A stretch of 64,000 bases of DNA, taken from positions 7,926,470 to 7,990,469 of the forward strand of contig OZ316897.1 of assembly GCA_973895155.1 (NCBI GenBank), read 5' to 3'. The DNA is from Marsupella aquatica (taxonomy: Eukaryota; Plantae; Marchantiophyta). A model generated the notes under the pieces. The model was not told the DNA's origin, did no database searches, and saw only the letters and a list, made by a program, of their open reading frames with translations. Position 1 is the first letter of the stretch, and every line of letters begins with the position of its first letter. The position numbers and the translations under genes are program-made. Below, piece after piece: positions 63,297 to 64,000 of the stretch.

Positions 63297-64000
63297 TTGA
63301 CCCAAATCGAGTCGTGAAAACACCAAGATCGCCAAACGCGCAGCCAATGTGAAAAAATGGCAAAACTTAAATCTGATGAAACTCGCTCAATTGGTTACCG
63401 TTTGGGGCGCAATTCATATCGATCTTCACCGTCTCGCCAAGATCTTTCCAAAGCCGTCAAGAACACCCAGATCCGAAACTCCTGGAGAAAGTTACGACCC
63501 AAATGGAGTCGCGAAATCGCCAAAATGGTCAAACGCGCAGAAAAAGTGAAAAAACGGCAAAACCTAAATCCGATGTAACTCGTTCATAGGGTGACCGTTT
63601 GGGGCGCAAGTCGTATCAATCTTCACCGCCTCGCCAAGATCTTTCCAAAGTCGTCAAGAACTCCCAGATCCGAATCTCCTGGAGAAAGTTACGACCCAAA
63701 TTGAGTCGCGAAGTCGCCCAAATCGCCAAACGCGCAGAAAAAGTGAAAAAATGGCGAAACTTAAATCCGATGTAACTCGCTCATACGGTGACCGTTTGAG
63801 GCACAAGTCGTATCGATCTTCACCGCCTCGCCAAGATCTTTCCAAAGCCGTGAAGAACTCCCAAATCCGAAACTCCCGGAGAAAGTTACGACCCAAATTG
63901 AGTCGCGAAATCGCCCAAATCGCCAAACGCGCAGAAAAAGTGAAAAAACGGCGAAACTTAAATCCGACTTAATGCGCTCATACGGTGATCGTTTGGGGCG
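63297..64000. repeat. ~197-bp CpG-rich satellite, >=3.5 copies, continues beyond window
   Basis: gacccaaat.gagtcg.gaa at ~63299, 63496, 63694 and 63890. Confidence 0.93.

Noticed and set aside
63349-63972. Repeated short ORFs (MAKLKSD...)
   Set aside because: Translations of the 197-bp satellite.

Overview
Repeat-rich land-plant nuclear DNA; the gene and TE content suggests a bryophyte such as a liverwort (inference). There are two clear host genes: a spliced RWP-RK transcription factor (minus, ~2960-5975) and an intronless AWPM-19 membrane protein (22712-23260). The centre is a nested TE complex. A ~3.6-kb PIF/Harbinger element (26925-51582, TAA TSD) has its Myb/SANT gene split by a ~21-kb giant DNA transposon (27895-48964; TIR AACCCCAATTTAAGGAA, inserted at cTTAAg). 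That element encodes a Sola-like DDD transposase on the minus strand. Divergent from it is a cargo cassette: three F-box-like ORFs and a decayed ~2000-aa gene (ParB-like region, degenerate amino-methyltransferase-like region, acidic/EKA coiled coil, Ulp1 SUMO protease) followed by three same-phase FCP1-like phosphatase exons. A 16-bp palindrome ACGCG-N6-CGCGT occurs ~27 times in the element's introns, spacers, subtermini and tandem arrays, and I did not find it outside the element. This resembles a self-targeted anti-silencing/chromatin-modifying system and is the main candidate for an undescribed system. The right end holds a Gypsy-like LTR/gag remnant, an ~88-bp tandem repeat, a near-intact CRE-clade RLE non-LTR retrotransposon and a ~197-bp satellite running off the window. 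All domain calls are by eye from motifs; no searches were run.
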